The notes: generated by a model not told the origin, from the letters alone. DNA of 63,088 nucleotides, filler included, from Octopus bimaculoides (GCF_001194135.2; 5 parts of 5 records of this genome joined end to end with filler, not necessarily neighbours in it); one strand, 5' to 3'; positions 1-13,880 are shown, counted from the first letter of the whole stretch. Made by a program: numbers and translations.

Positions 1-35
1 TATATATATATATATATATGTATATTATATATATT

Positions 36-1092
36 CAGGGTGCCTATGGTATAAGACGAGACAAAACATTTTGAGTCATTTCTGCATTTTTTGCTAAACC
101 TGTATAATCTTTGTTTCAGAAAATAATAATGGCAGACTCTCAGCTTACTCAAGAAATGAAGAGGTATGCTGTTATTGTGGTTATAAAGGCTGAGCAGAGA
201 GATTTATAAATATATCGATTTTTAAAATTTGCCAGATCTTTCGTCTACACATTTTTTAAGGAGCTAGAGACTGAAGATGGAAAGGTATCACCAGTATCAA
301 AGCATAACAAACATTCTAAACGCTATGAAATCCTCAGAACACCTGAATTCATCCAGTAAGTTCAACAGACCAATGCTTACAATCCCAGAGAGACCATAAG
401 ATCAATTGCAAAATATATCTAGGAGTCAGAAGGAACAATCAGAAATGTTGTCCACGAAGACATCAGATATAAGTTTTATATGATGAGGAAAGGTCGTTTT
501 CTCCAAAAAGCAATGAGAAAAACTCCGACCAAGATTTAAAAGTTAACAGAAGAAATGACAGATTGTTATGTGCAGACGCATCTGAAGTTCCAATTGTTAT
601 ACATACACAATATTGTGGAACTGTCATGATTTGGGGTGTTGTCAGCAAAGCGGGACATGTTAGACTCTGCACTATCATACACAGTATGTAATACAGGAAT
701 GGATGGATGAAAATGTTCCTAATCCCATAACCCCTAAACTTTGTCCTCCTAATTCCCCAGATCTTAGTCTATTGGACTATTATATGTGGAGCGTTGTTGA
801 GTGAGAGGTCAATGAACACGACCATAACACCAAAGACTCTTTTAAAGCTGCCATAGTCAGACTAATGTCCAAAATGAACCAGGACCTCTTGATTAGAGCA
901 TGTAGATCATTTAGATGTGATATGCAAGCAGTTCTTGAAACCGAAAAGTGGCTTTGTTCAATAACATTTTAGAAAAGAAGGTTCATTTTTATCCTCATAC
1001 CATTTTTGATCAATAGATTTATTATCTGCTATTATATATCTGTTTTATTTTATAAACATAAATCTGTCTTCAAATATCTTACACGCCCTCTG
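36..1092 (+). mobile_element. Degenerate Tc1/mariner-superfamily DNA transposon (maT/DD37D-like), internally deleted
   Basis: Hand translation gives MADSQLTQEMKRYAVIV...RSIAKYI*ESEGTIRNVVHEDIRYK (HTH region) and LCPPNSPDLSLLDYYMWSVVE (WPxxSPDLNPxDY-type catalytic motif), with stops and deletions. Ends are CAGGGTG and CCCTCTG-TA; the TIR match is weak. Confidence 0.75.
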
Positions 1093-1130
1093 TAGATATA
1101 CATACATACGTCTATCTATCTATCTATCTG

Positions 1131-1211
<81 letters not shown>

Positions 1212-1520
1212 GACGTTGACCACTAACGTGGACATTTAATGTGCTAGAAATAGATCACATCTTGTGTCTAAAAAGACCTAAATTGTTCTCAACATGAAAT
1301 ATAGCGTGATACCCTTACCGATTAATCGATATTAATTAATATATGATTTTTTTGCCATTTTTTTAATAATATAAATATATATAGATATAGATATAGATAC
1401 TGAGAAAGGGAGAGGGAGACAGATAAAAAGATACATGTATAGATAGATAGATTACACATGCACACACACACACACGTATTCATACACAGACACATAGGTA
1501 TACTTACGTATACATATATA

Positions 1521-1577
1521 CAAGGTGTCCCAGAATGAACTGTGTAGTTAATTTATTGATGGTTCTGGTACACTTTG
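1521..1577. mobile_element. Tiny Tc1/mariner-type MITE remnant
   Basis: TA-CAAGGTGTCCCAGAA ... TTCTGGTACACTTTG-TA: about 15-bp imperfect TIRs flanked by TA. Confidence 0.5.
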
Positions 1578-1588
1578 TACATGTGTGC

Positions 1589-1634
<46 letters not shown>

Positions 1635-1673
1635 TTGCATGTATGCATACACACACACACACATACAGTCTCC

Positions 1674-1706
<33 letters not shown>

Positions 1707-2066
1707 NNNNNNNNNNNNNNNNNNNNNNNNNNNNNNNNNNNNNNNNNNNNNNNNNNNNNNNNNNNNNNNNNNNNNNNNNNNNNNNNNNNNNNNNNNNNNN
1801 NNNNNNNNNNNNNNNCCTTCTTATGTGTGTCTCACCTTGCTAAATATCAGCCATTTTGTATTTTGTATTCCTATTGTATGTGTCTACGCATGCGTGTCTT
1901 TCAATGTGTCTGTGTCTTTTGTAAGTGCATGTGTGTATGGGGAGTGTCTGTATCACCTATATACTCTGTTAATACGTGTTCGTTTGTATTTGTTTTTATT
2001 TATTTATTTGTTCATATGTGTGTGTGTGTGTGTGTGTGTTTTTGTATATATATATATATATAAGCG

Positions 2067-2196
2067 TGCTGCAAGTGGCACCAGCACATTAAAAACAGCA
2101 GTCAGAGGACGATTACAACACAAATTCTCAGTGAAAATTTGTGGTTGTAGTCGTCTTCTAGCTGCAATTTTCAGTGCACTGGTGAAACTTGTAGCA
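2067..2196. repeat. Imperfect 130-bp palindrome (foldback or MITE-like)
   Basis: TGCTGCAAGTGGCACCAG...GAGGACGATTACAACACAAATT pairs with AATTTGTGGTTGTAGTCGTCTTC...CTGGTGAAACTTGTAGCA around a loop of about 9 nt. Confidence 0.75.
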
Positions 2197-2973
2197 CCAT
2201 TAATTATTAATTAGTATTTTTTTACCTTATCGTATTACTTTGGTACTTATTTACGCATACTATACTACTTGATATTATTGGAGGAGGAAGACGAGGAGGA
2301 GGAGGAGGAGGAGAAGGCTGCAATATTTTAAGTATGTTCTTTCATCACTCTGAAACAGTCTGACGATAGCAACTTCATCCATGTGTGAAGAATATACTGG
2401 TACAGCGAACAGCAAACAGCTCAAGTCTGAACCTGACATTTGAGAACATTTGTAAATGAAAGTCACTTCAAGATTGTGCAATATATAGCACTTGTGTGAG
2501 GATATAGAGTTTCGTCTGTCCTCTGTGATTTCTAGTCTGTAATGGATCAGGAATACCATCTGACAAGAGAAGCCATAATAATTATCATACACACATCATT
2601 AAATACACGCACATACATTCGTACACACATAAACGCACATAAACTGTATATCAACCTAAATGTATATTACACCGTTAGAAAGTATGATACTATGGAATTG
2701 ACTGAGATAAACTGTCTTCATATAACTGTAATGACAACATAATAACACAGTATATATTGGACCCTGATACACGCACTTGATGAGAATCAAGATGTGCGTA
2801 CACTTAGGGATATACGAAGCATAAACTAGCATCAGCGTATTGCTAATTATACTTTATACGGTAAGTTGCCGCAGATAGCAACTTCTATTGCTCAAAGACA
2901 GTTTACAATTTGCAGGACATTGCTGAAGAAGTAAGCGGGAATTTATACAAAAGACAGACAAACAGATAGATAT

Positions 2974-3039
<66 letters not shown>

Positions 3040-3536
3040 GTATATGATGTGTGTATGCATGATCTATATATATATATATGTCTGTGTGCGCATGTGTATT
3101 TATATATATATTAACATTTCACATTTTTCTTCTTCTTTTCATATCCATATACGTCTGAAGCATTAATAACAATTCACGAAATTATTAGGTAAGAGGTGCA
3201 CGACAGAGTTGAAGTACACCATTCGACTTCGTTTCGGGATTTGTGTTAATTCCGGAAATTTTGCATATAACACACATGCATCTAATTTTTTTTCATATGG
3301 ATATTATGACAAAATTAGGAATTCTTAGATAAAAAACAGAAACCTGTTTAGATTTATTGATTTTATTCTATATGGAACACATATTTCTGTTGCCTAGAAA
3401 CGCAATGTTCACTGACACTTGTTGAGTTAGTTTTAACATATTTAATGATGTGAATATCAAAACCCAAATTCTAAACACTTATGCACAGAGGAAATCATTA
3501 TTACCAGAATGATTAATATTATTTTGATTATTTCAG

Positions 3537-3619
3537 AAAGTACATGTAACATCCAGAAAAATAAACAAAACTTCCAGAGGAAGATTAAAGTTCCAAGAAA
3601 AAAAAAAAACCATAAAACA
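3537..3619 (+). CDS. Candidate 83-nt internal coding exon of an unidentified gene (xSTCNIQKNKQNFQRKIKVPRKKKNHKT)
   Basis: TTTTGATTATTTCAG acceptor, ACA|GTAAGA donor and an open frame in between. No homology recognised. Confidence 0.2.
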
Positions 3620-4145
3620 GTAAGACAAAAATTTTTTTTTTAAATTCAAATATCATTGGAAAGAAACGAATAAATTTATCTGACAACTCAATAGATGCAC
3701 AATATCGTAGGCGACTGGGTGTGAAAATTTAACATGGATTTTAAATTCGTAGTTGTTATTTCTAATCTGCGCAGTTAATTGCCTAGTATGTAACCATTCT
3801 TACAGTAAATATTATTTTAGTAGTGACTTCAGACAATTTGTCAGATAACTAAATCACTTTTGTTAATTTATATCTGTACTACGTTTTGACTGTATTGTTC
3901 CTAAATATAATCAAATTACTAAATATACTTAAATGTTTAACGTATCTTTGGTCATTTATATTTTACTTATTTCAATTATTGGACAGTGGCCATGCTGGGA
4001 CAACACCTTGAAGGTTTTGTTCAATCAGATGGACATCAATACATTTTAAAGATCAATTATTTATTCTAGTGGTTCTCTTCTATTGAAAAGCTACGTTACA
4101 GAAACTTGTCAAGTGGTGCAGCGGACAAATACAAAGACACACCCA

Positions 4146-4233
<88 letters not shown>

Positions 4234-4488
4234 TTTATATTTCTACCAAATTTACTTACAAGGCATTGGTCAGCCCTTGTCTATAATAGAAGCAACTTGC
4301 CCACTGTGTCGCGCAGTGGGACTGACCCTGAAAACACGTGTCTGCAAAGCAAACTTCCCAACCACACATCCATACCTGCACCTCTGTAGATATTTCTATG
4401 TATGCGTAGCATAGATATAATTAATATAAATATACACTCTACAATGAATGATAATAAAAATATGATTTATAAAAAGAATTAGATTCGA

Positions 4489-5388
4489 CGAGGTGCATTC
4501 CAGAAGATTTGTGACTTTGTTAGGAGAGGCAGTTATAATTGTCCTAAGTTATTGTAATTTTGGTATATCATTACTCTACATCTAATGAGCACTCTGCTAA
4601 TTTTTTTCCAGATTGAAGGATGCAGCTGTAACAGATCTTTGAAAAGACCCTGCTAAACATTGTTTGTCACAGCTGACGAGTTTGGAGTATGCAGTCGGGA
4701 TGTGATGACAAATTTGGAAACTCACTATGCATTAATAAAGTTTTGTGTGAAACAAGGAAAAAACGCTGCAGAAACTTATGAAACTTATGAGATTTTCCAG
4801 ACTGCTTATGGATTAACTTGTATGAGCCAAGCATTTGTTGTTTCTGGGACAAGAGGGTAGGCAAATCAAGTCCGTCGGGAAGCTCATAAACAGCCTCTTT
4901 TTTCATAGCAAGGGCACGAACTACACCCCATGGGTTCCATCTAGTCAGATGGTCGAGAAAGAGTGCTTTCTGGACGTTTAAGGCAGTTCGGGAAGAGGTT
5001 TAATTTCAAATAGCCGGGATCTTCCACTCGGTTCAGGGGCACTTGCACCAGGACCACGTACCACTTCACACTTCCATCCTAGTAACCAACTACTTAATAG
5101 AGATCGGCATCAACATTTTACCACACCCACTCTACAATCCAGATCATGCGCCCTGTCATTTTGATTGTTATACAAGCTGAAGGAAAAGATGGAGGAGGCT
5201 ATGGCAAGGGACTTGGACGCCTTCATGCCAGAAGGCTTCCTTGGGGCCTTCAAGAAATGGCTAGAGCGTTTGCACGAGCATTGCAGTTAGGGGATCTTAT
5301 TTTGGGGGAGTGTAAAATTTTGTACTTTTTTTTAAATTGATAAATGTCTCTCCTATAAATGTCTCATAAACTTCTGGAATGCATCTTG
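4489..5388 (+). mobile_element. Internally deleted mariner (DD34D-type) fossil
   Basis: TIRs CGAGGTGCATTCCAGAAGATTTGTGAC and GTCTCATAAACTTCTGGAATGCATCTTG-TA. N-terminal HYALIKFCVKQGKNAAETYE..FQTAYG and C-terminal HPLYNPDHAPCHF (YSPDLAP-like) remnants. Confidence 0.85.
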
Positions 5389-8300
5389 TATATAGACAGA
5401 CGCTTCTTAATTTTTAACCATTCATTTGGATAAAGTAGAGGCAGGGTCCATGGACTTTTAAGCCGTCTTCTCTTTTAACATTAGAGAAATCAGTACAGTT
5501 TATGGTTCAAAATTACTAACACTCACTAGTACTCATACATACAAACACACACAGATATGCACACACATTCACCAAGATATATATCTGTTAGGCATTATAG
5601 CAATGAAATGTAAGATTGTCAACAGATCGCTCATTTAATATTTCAAGATTCCAAATAGCTGACAAGAATGTGTTAAATATGCAAATATGTTTTTAAAAGA
5701 AGTGTATTTGCTGATAGAGAAGTAAGGCGCACAGCTGCTAACGAAACTCCAAGCAGAGTTTTTGTTATTTTCCTCAAGCCTATTGACGTACTCTTTATAT
5801 TTATCATAACATAGTTTTGACTAAAATTTCTGGAGTTATGTTCGATAGTACATCAGCACTATCTGTTCAGTAAGAAATATATAGATGTGCTTTTAGATTC
5901 TTTATTTAATTTGTTTCCCTATTTAGACTATGACTAAACTGGATGCAGTACACAAAGGTTTTAATCCATTGAATTCTATTTTAACATCTGTCCAGAACCT
6001 TGCCTGACTATATGCAACACATTGGACTCTTCTAAAGGTACCCACTATCGAGATGGATCTCCTAAACAGGCCATTTCGTTAAGTCTATTACCGAAGAAGA
6101 GGAGCTTCCACATATTTTTAGTTTAGCACAAGCCTTTGATCGATTCGAGGCTAAAGTTGAAGACACTTTCCCAAAGCGCCATACTGCGGTAATTGAATAT
6201 ATAAATATGTAGTTGGGAAGCGAATTCTTCATCATATATCTATGTCTACGACATAACAATCCACGCGATCGCCTGGCATTGCTAGTCTTGTGACATGTTT
6301 ACCCTTGTATTATAGTCTCATTACTGGGATTGTTCTTGCTACGACATTTTCTCTCTTGTGGTGTTGCTCCACCTGCAATAATGTCTCTCATGTTGCATTC
6401 CTTCCATGTATGTTACCTTCGTGTCTAACTACATTTAGAAGTAAAATGTACCAAGGCAGCAATAATATAATACATCTACTTTTACTATACTTACTTTCTC
6501 TTTTTCTGGCCTATAGGCGTCAGATTTATCTTTCACTTATCCAAGATTGAAATTACAAATGACAGTAATATGCTAATGGATTCAATCGATCATTGCTGTT
6601 CCCTGAAAATTTGTGGCTTCGTACCAATGTGAGAAATTATCCTTCTCTTAATTTCCCTATGGCGCTTATCTGACGGAAACGTCAGTTCAAATTAAGAGCC
6701 AGTGAGGGAACCTCTACGTGGTTGTTTGGCCAGTTTGAAATAGCAGCATATCTCCTTCAAGTTCAACCCCATTAGCTTAAAGAACGAAGAGAGCATTAGA
6801 AAATGCCGTAAAATCAGCCATTCCTGAGCGTTACTAGTGATTTATAATCCAGTATATGTTGCATGATCGAGTCATCGGTGACTAAACCGACAAACTCAAG
6901 TAAGCCTACTTGGTGAAGTAGAGATTCTTTACAATACCTTTATGATAGAAAAGTTTAAAACATTTTGAAGGGAAGCGAACCAAGGAGAAATAACTGCTAT
7001 TTTCTATTGTATGTGTATAGGCATGTTTAAGATGCATCCTAAGATTTGATTTTCGGTATGTTGAGCGGAGGCAAAGACACGTGTAAACGGGTAAAAAGAT
7101 GATATTCGGCGACATCCATGTGAGATGCGCATCACAATGCATGATGAGATGCATAGAGTACTCTGGTCATTCCACTGCATTCCTAATATACCTGAATCAT
7201 TTTGACAGCCTTGACACTTGTCATCCAGCGCAATTCTCTCTCATTAAAATCCGAGTTCAGCGTAAGTTGTGAGTTCAGCGTGAGTACGCCATAAACACAC
7301 GGCGTACCTTTCGTTGCAGCCGTCGGGAGAGCACAAGCGTCTGGGACATTGAAATTCCGCCCTTTCCGTAGTTTCATCGAAACAAAGCTGTAATATAGAT
7401 GGGAACAATCGCAAATGTCTGGATGCATATGCAGTTGAAACCTCCGTCATTGCAGTGTATAAGAGGTGAAGTCGTCATCTTAGAAAATGAAAGAGGAACG
7501 ATGAATTCATACAACGAAATGACCATGACTGAAAATTCTTCGATCATGAATTTACTTGATCGAAGCAAAACTTAGAGTCAACTGTCAACAGCACCAGCAA
7601 CAACGAGTAACAGTACATAATTACATACTTTTGCTTTATGCGCTAAAATTCTACACGTTTCTACTTAAACTTGAATGACAATTCCTGAATCCACTTTTTT
7701 ATAATTGTCGACGCAGGTCTTTAAGATCAGAGTCGGCAATATGCAAATAATTAGTTTGAAATGAGGTCCAGGTAAACGTATAGGTGCAAACATGCGTATT
7801 ATTTTATTGTGTACTCATCTTCTTTGTGTGACTTCTGTTGGTGACCGTTGTTTATTTCGTTAAATACGTTCAATATTGAAGTTCTATTAGTTTTGTCTTG
7901 TTTAAGTTGCATACAAACGTCTTTCCCTTTCTGCTCTTCTCTAACATTTTTAGTTTAGTTATTTAATATCAGAAACTGTATGTACGTACCATGTTCTTTG
8001 TCAGTTTTAATATTTGTACATTATTCTTTTGTTACTCTCGATATTTTTATTTAGTAATTGGGATTACGTTTTTTTTTTTTAATGCTTTGAAGGTTATATT
8101 TTTGGAGAGCGTTTCTAATTACATTGATAAAACTTTGTACTTTGGAGGCTATGCTGGTTACTGCAGTGTCAACTTCTGGATAACCTGAATATAATTTCCG
8201 GTGGAATCGGCGTATAGTACTTTAGATTTTTACAATAGTTTCCTAGACTTTACATTTTACCTTTTATGGTTCATTATTTCTAAGGAAAGTACCAGTTTCC

Positions 8301-8657
8301 CACTTAATTTGTGATTTATATAATAACTAGAATTATTTTAGAAAATATTTTGTTTACAGCTAAATTATTTTGGGTTATAATAAATGTGCAAAGAAATAAC
8401 AGAAGTAAAATATATTACGATATAACGTTTCGACTACGTTTACTTTGGCTTTAATTTTTCAGCAGTCTCAAGTCTGTGCTGGAATCGACAGAATCAAATT
8501 GATTATCTTCTACATATTTATGAAGCTAAGCTAGTGGTTCAAAATCTTTAAGGCCAGCTGTCATTATTCTTGTCCTCTTTCTTTCTGTTTTTCTTTAACG
8601 TCTTATAAATCTAATGCTAATTTACTGTGTCTATTAATAATGATGTATTTTTGTTGT

Positions 8658-8827
8658 TTAATTCAAGGGCAGCCCCATGTAATGAGACCTATGATTACAG
8701 GTATTACAATCACAACTCTCTACTGCTCTTGTCCTATATAGTATATCTAAGTCATTATACAATTTGTCTTTTGTTTTTATATGATGGTTGGAAATGATCT
8801 GAGGGTGACAAATTTTGGTAGCTTTCT
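8658..8827 (-). CDS. Candidate terminal exon with a cystine-knot-like C-terminus (ICHPQ...YRTRAVESCDCNTCNH)
   Basis: Minus-strand acceptor CCCTTGTTCTATATACTAG, open to TAA at 8658. The C-x-P...(31 residues)...SCxCxxC spacing resembles TGF-beta/CTCK C-termini. No matching upstream exon found. Confidence 0.2.
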
Positions 8828-9676
8828 CTAGTATATAGAACAAGGGCCTGAATATTTTTCTGAGCGTAGTCTGTCTACTGCGGTATTATTGACAAGTAGT
8901 TGGTGTTTAAATGAGCTATACTTTGGTTGCAGTTTCTTGTAAACTCATGCGATTGCGCATAGTCTCTGTCGTTGACTTAATGTTGTGTTTATTTATTCGG
9001 TTATCTAGAATTTCTAGATCAAATAAATTGAACAGACTAAAGAAGACATCTGAATGCTTATACATACCATTGTTCAAGATTAATATAAACCATAGATTTT
9101 TCCGTATTTTAAAATATATTTTTGCTTCTTTTCCCTTTTATCTACATTTACAAAAGAATGGTAATTTTATATGCCATTGCTGTATTTAAAAAAGTGCTTC
9201 TGTTCAAGTAATATATATCATGTATCAAATACGAGATGAATACATATGTCATTGAACAATTATGATACCTAGCTAAATGAAATATCTCAATAAGAAACCA
9301 TTTGACGTTTCTTAACTCGTTTACTTATGATAACACTATTGAGACTCTGTGCTGACTTTTCTCTATTTTCTCTGACAAATTTATGAGCCTACATAAAAGC
9401 TCAATGCCATTTAATTCAGTTCCAGTCCCATTATGTCTTTTATCTTTTTCAGTCATTAGACTAAGCTTATGCTGGGATACAACCTTGAAGAATGTTTAGG
9501 CGACTATATCGACACCAATACTTTCATTCCTTCTCCTCCTTTAAACCTTCCTTCTCATTACTTTCTTATCTTCACCNNNNNNNNNNNNNNNNNNNNNNNN
9601 NNNNNNNNNNNNNNNNNNNNNNNNNNNNNNNNNNNNNNNNNNNNNNNNNNNNNNNNNNNNNNNNNNNNNNNNNNNN

Positions 9677-10892
9677 TACGACCGCCTTTGGCAGTAATTA
9701 CAGCTTGAATTCTACGAGGTATGGACCCCTACAACGTTTGAATTGTTTCCAAAGTAATTTTTGTCCATTCTTCATCTAAAACAGTCTCCAGTTCTTGAAG
9801 TGATGACGGTAGAAGATATCGACTGCTTACTTGTTTTTCTAAAATGCACCGTAAATGTTCAATAACATTGCAATCTGGGCACTGTAGTGGCCAGATAAGA
9901 TGTTCCACTTCACTAAAATGTTTCTCGTGCCATTCAGTAACCATTTTGCTGCGTGAATTGGTGCATTATCATCCTGAAATATTTTGTTTTCCTTCGGAAA
10001 CAGTTCCGCAACCATAGGATGAATTTGATAAGATAAAATGCTTCGATAGTCTTGACTATTAATTATGTCATGAAGAGAAACCATTATGCCGGCGGATTTC
10101 CAAGATATAGCCCCCCACCCAGATCATCATAGATCCTCTTCCATGTTTAACAGTTGGAAGAAGGCAGTCTCGCTCAAATGCTTCTTTTGGCTGTCTCCAG
10201 ACGTATACTCGGCCGGTGGTTGGAAATAAGGTAAAGGATGACTCGTCCGAGAAAATGACATTCTTCCACTGCTCTAGGGATCAATTCTGTTGGTTTTTAC
10301 TCTACTGTAAACGCTTTGCAACGTTTATTTTTGAAAGTAGTGGTTTTTTTTATTACAGCCCTTCCGTGAAATCCGGCTTCGTGCAGCTCTCGGTGAAAAG
10401 TTTTGGTGGAAACTGGGTTCTCGAGGTGGTCATTAAGGTCTGCAGTAATTTTGGGATGTGTACATTTGTGATCCTTTCTAACAATTCGCGTTAGAGTTCC
10501 ACGGTCCCTATCAGAAAGCTTTGGTTTTATTCTGGAGTTTTGTTTCGACGAGGAGGCTTTTCCCACCTTCTCAAAGGCTGTCATTACTTTCGAGACAGTG
10601 CTTCTTGATGCACCAAACATTTCGGCTGTTTTCGTTACGCTAGCGCCTGCCATATCAGCACCAACAATTGGACCTGTTTGAAAGTCCGATAGATCTCTAA
10701 TTTTAATGAATTTTAATTACCTTTTTCTGGTGATATCTGAAAAGAAAGAAACAGCAATTTTAGCAAATCATATTAAGCAACACTAATAATAAATGAAAAA
10801 ATACATAAAATAAACAAGCTTTTAACGGTTTTATCGATATTTTAAAATTATGCTATAATGCTAGGTGTTTCCATTATTTTGTCCAACCACTG
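9677..10892 (-). mobile_element. Tc1-family (DD34E) transposon, frameshifted; 3' end lost in an N gap
   Basis: 5' TIR CAGTGGTTGGACAAAATAATGGAAACACC next to TA. ORF 10297-10653 is the paired HTH region, followed by VIFSDESSF, FQDDNAPIH and WPLQCPDCNVIEHL motifs in shifted frames. Confidence 0.92.
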
Positions 10893-12239
10893 TATATATA
10901 TATGTATATATATACTTTTTGGTCACATATTTATATTTAGAAAGCCTTCATTTCATCTGTATGTAGTAAATCCATAATTTTCTACACTTTTTGAGGGTTT
11001 TTCTGTAGTGATATTTAAATCAGACCATATTGCAGTTTAGTTATGGATCTCGACTGTCCTGTTTGTACCTTTTAAAATGTTTTCTTAACTATCGTGACGT
11101 ATTACGATAATATTGTTCCTCATATGTAGTATTTTTATGTATTGTGTATTGTAAATAGTAATATCTGCCTATATTTGTATGAGTCTTTTATAGTTGCAAA
11201 AAATATTTTGTGGTTTGTCTCACTCAGATTCATCGATTTTGAAAAGATTTTCATAGTATCTGCACGTTTTACTGCAGCAATTTTCTGTAACGAATTTACA
11301 TCGTTCGAATTGCGACATTGAAACCGTGATCATCTTATCTTTTTATTAGTGTCCTAATAAAATTTTGAACAATTCTCATTATTAGAAGTTCGTGGTGGAT
11401 GCATCATTGGTTCATAGTAGCTCGGGTGTTAGCGAAAATAATTTATCACTTACAAATGCAGGTGGCAAATTCTTAGAGTCGCTATAATGATTGTAAATGA
11501 TATACTACCATTGTCATATGTAAATTTTGTACCATTATACTTATAATTTAAATATTCATAATAAATGATGGCTGGTAAAGATATTAAACAAAACAGGTTA
11601 TAAAATATATTTTGAAAGCATAACTCCTACAGGTTTCATTTTTAAAATCTTTAGATTCTTGCCATTAACCTCTTGCACACTTATACCTGAAAAGACAATC
11701 GATTGATCTAGTGAAGTAGCATCCCAAATCCATCAAACCATACCCTATTCTCTATTGGTTAATGTAATCCTATAAACACAGGCACGCGAGTTGGTCACGA
11801 GTAAAACGCCTTTGCTATCCAATGCTGTTATGCTTCTAAATAGTAATAGATACGTGACAGACGTTCTACGGTTTATACCACGTTAATATTAACACCATGC
11901 AATATGAAAGAATTACATGACAGCTAAAGTGTTAAGATTAGAGAATGCAAAGAAAATAAAAGAAATAAATATTATGGCAGCTGCCATTGTATATTACACA
12001 CTATTACCTGAAATGCATAGTATCATAGTTGTGCTGACTCTGCTATTTCAATGTGCTACAATGACAAATTGAAATGAATACTGCGTATTTTATTAGTGTT
12101 CTGAACATTAGAAACATCTCTAGAGTAACTAGTTTCAGTATTTACACGTCATAAACCTTACAGAATTATATATTTAGAAGTAAGACTTTGTGAAAGATCA
12201 CGGGAGTTTAGTAATATTTAATATTACATACTCATTTCA

Positions 12240-13124
12240 AATTTTGGTACAAAGCCAACAGTAATTTCGGTGAGGGGGAAGTCGATTACGTTGGTGACAG
12301 TGTTCGAAACCGAAGAAAGAGAGGCAAAGCCAACCTCGCCGATATTTGAACTCAAAATGCTTAGCAGCATTTCGTTCGGCGTGCTAACGATTCTGTCATC
12401 TAGCCGCCTATATCAATGATAATAAAAATCCTTTCTATTATAAGCACAAGGCCTGAAATTCGGGGTAGGGAGATAGTCGATAAGATCGACCTCACTGTTC
12501 AACTGGTACTTATTTTATCGACCCCGAAAGGAGGAAAGGCAAAGTGAACCTCGGCAGAATTTGAACTCACATCGATAAAACAGACGAAATACCGTTAAGC
12601 ATTTCGCCGGGCGTGCTAACGATTCTGCTAGCTCGCCGCCTTAATAATAGTAATAATAATAATAATTCTTTCTGCTATAGGCGCAAGACCTGAAATCTGT
12701 AGGGAGGAGCATAGTCGATTACTTCGACCTCAGTGTTTCAATGGTACTTAATTTATCGACCCTAAAAGGATAAAAGGCAAAATCAACATCGGCAGAATTT
12801 GAACGCAAAATGTAGCGGCGAACGAAATACCGCTACGTATTTCGCCCGATGTGCTAACGTTTCTGCCAGCTCGCCGCCTTCAGCAATAGTAATAATAATT
12901 CTTTCGTCTATAGGTATATATGCACAAGGCCCGAAATTTATGGGGATTGGGTATAGTAAAAGTTACATCAACCTCAGTGTTCAACTAGTATTTATTTTAT
13001 CGAATCCGCAAGGAAGAAAGGCAATGTCGACCTCGGTGGAATTTGAACCCAGATCGTAAAGTTGATCGAAATGCTACTAAGTACTTCACCCTGTGTGCTA
13101 ACGATTCTTGCCATCTCGCCGCCT
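12240..13124 (-). repeat. Head-to-tail array of four tRNA-derived SINE copies (family B, head GGCGGCGAGCTGGCAGAA)
   Basis: Four diverged units of about 170-240 bp end (on +) in GCTCGCCGCCT-like heads at about 12408, 12641, 12879 and 13124, mostly separated by (AAT)n. Confidence 0.85.
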
Positions 13125-13145
13125 TGAAGTAATCTATATTGTTAT

Positions 13146-13880
13146 ATATTTTGTTGGTAACTAAGTTCCCACCGTTTTATTAAATTAAATTTTTTTTAAA
13201 GGTTTGATAGGAAATAACAACTAATTAATCAATAATGTATTCACCGTTGTTGTTTACAACTTCTTCCCAGCGTCCAACAAGATTTTCAATGCCTCGTTGG
13301 TAGAAATAACCCGATTTCGACTCGAAAAATTGATCCAACCAAGCTCTCAATTCTGCATCAGTATTGAACGAAACTCTGCGCATAGCCTTTAAAAGAGATC
13401 GAAAGAGGTGGAAATTCGTTGATGCCAAATCAGGAGAGTACAGCTGGTATGGTAGCACTTCCCAGCCATGCGTTTGAATGGCTTCCTTGGTCATATTGGT
13501 GATATGAGTGCGGACGTTGACGTGCAGCAGAAGAACTCCATGCTGCCGATTAGGTCTTTTCTCTTGAATAGCCGTGTTGAGTCGTTCCATCAACGTTCCG
13601 CGTTGACCGTTTGGTTCCATTAAGGCAATTCGTAATGGATAATCCCTTCCCAATCCCACCATACGCACATCATCGTTTTACGCGGATGAAGATCTTGTTT
13701 CACCCTCGGTGTCGCTTGTTTACCGGGGCTAAGCCATTCCTTGCGCTGCTTCATATTGATGTACAGGCACCATTTTGCGTCGCCAGTAACGATTCGGTAA
13801 AGAAATCGTTAGATGGGGGTAACAAGAAGTTTCCTCCCTTGAAAATTCCGCAACATTTTTTTTTTCTGCTGCCATATATT
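13146..13880 (-). mobile_element. Mariner (DD34D) 3' half, degenerate
   Basis: ORF 13225-13668 has LLLHVNVRTH...GWEVLPYQLYSPDLASTNFHLFRSL. TIR-like TTGTTGGTAACTAAGTTCCCACCG at about 13150. Confidence 0.9.

Noticed and set aside
11050-11480. Protein-like minus-strand frames with two stops and a frameshift
   Set aside because: Could be a pseudogene, but no motif is recognisable.
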